A DNA stretch of 64,000 nt from an uncultured Candidatus Poseidoniales archaeon. Its GTDB lineage: Archaea > Thermoplasmatota > Poseidoniia > Poseidoniales > Poseidoniaceae. Every line of letters begins with the position of its first letter. Position 1 is the first letter of the stretch. This document shows positions 63,663 to 64,000 of this stretch, in pieces. The position numbers and the translations under genes were made by a program. The stretch is from contig CAXEMN010000009.1 of the NCBI GenBank assembly GCA_963997415.1, positions 243 to 64,242 on the forward strand, given 5' to 3'. The notes beneath the pieces are model-generated. The model saw nothing but the letters and a program-made list of their open reading frames with translations, did no database searches and had not been told where the DNA came from.

Positions 63663-64000
63663 ATGGGCGGCAAAGACGGTGAGAATGTCGCGTCGCACGA
63701 TGGGCTCGAGCACGAAACCCGAAAGGACAAACTCAGCAAAGAACTGGAAGTCATCCGAACTCGAAGAAACGGTGGCTCAGGACGTAGTTTCTTGGCCAAA
63801 AAAGAAAATTTTGTCCTCTTCGGTGGAATCGTCTATGGTGGCGTTTACGCACTCATGATTTTCGCTATGTCGTCAGGCATGCTTGGTGAATCAACAGCAC
63901 TCGACCACGCTGCTTCCAAGACCTTCCTCGACATTGGTGGGGAATGCGAAGAAATCACCGATGAGCCTTGGGTTCACATGTTCCCAAATGAAGACCTCCA
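63663..64000 (+). CDS. hypothetical membrane-anchored protein, N-terminal fragment (runs off right window edge)
   Basis: The frame starting at ATG 63663 (or ATG 63618) is open to nt 64000. It contains a TM (FVLFGGIVYGGVYALMIFAM) followed by an acidic region. It competes with listed ORF 63643..63858 in another frame. Confidence 0.4.
   Translation, partial: MGGKDGENVASHDGLEHETRKDKLSKELEVIRTRRNGGSGRSFLAKKENFVLFGGIVYGGVYALMIFAMSSGMLGESTALDHAASKTFLDIGGECEEITDEPWVHMFPNEDL

Noticed and set aside
63643-63858. Listed 71-aa ORF (MNLLSRVWAAKTV...).
   Set aside because: An overlapping frame starting at ATG 63663/63618 stays open to the window edge and encodes a TM helix plus an acidic domain. The 71-aa translation is Ser/Lys/Arg-rich with no features. 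Both remain uncertain.

Overview
Gene-dense 64-kb window with about 56 protein genes and 2 tRNAs. I found no rRNA, CRISPR array, transposase or integrase. Gene content mixes archaeal/eukaryote-type functions (CTP-type FAD synthase RibL, archaeal-style RibB/RibH, a Gar1-like barrel, an NFACT/Rqc2 homologue, two-subunit 2-oxoacid:ferredoxin oxidoreductase, tRNA-Gln with an A1-U72 pair and encoded CCA) with bacterial-type functions (Orn, RNase PH, GpsA, bacterial-type riboflavin synthase, thiolase, acyl-CoA dehydrogenase). I associate this mixture, together with a giant FG-GAP surface protein, with planktonic marine Euryarchaeota (MGII/III, Poseidoniales-like). That assignment is inference only. 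Core metabolism present: aconitase, KorAB, fused E1 alpha-beta, TrxB, a riboflavin/FAD operon and Mo-cofactor accessory genes. Four items stand out. (1) A lipoprotein made of two tandem lobes carries vertebrate-transferrin signature blocks and all four Fe ligands in each lobe. It is encoded as the binding protein of a PhnC/PhnE-type ABC importer, behind a promoter with two palindromic operator-like repeats. (2) A Gar1-like domain is fused to three perfect RanBP2-type zinc fingers embedded in R/G/D-rich repeats, a FET-protein-like architecture. A DEAD-box helicase in the same window also has a long RGG/GYR tail. (3) An eight-gene, translationally coupled operon encodes a fatty-acid-hydroxylase-family enzyme, an active KAS III, a truncated KAS III-like partner, a polytopic membrane protein, a 3beta-HSD-type SDR, a PaaK-type adenylating enzyme and a GNAT. 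Its logic resembles Ole/lipstatin/nocardiolactone head-to-head condensation pathways. (4) A 2225-aa surface protein has a repeated Q/Y/A-rich cytoplasmic tail. All functional calls rest on motif recognition by eye; no searches were run.
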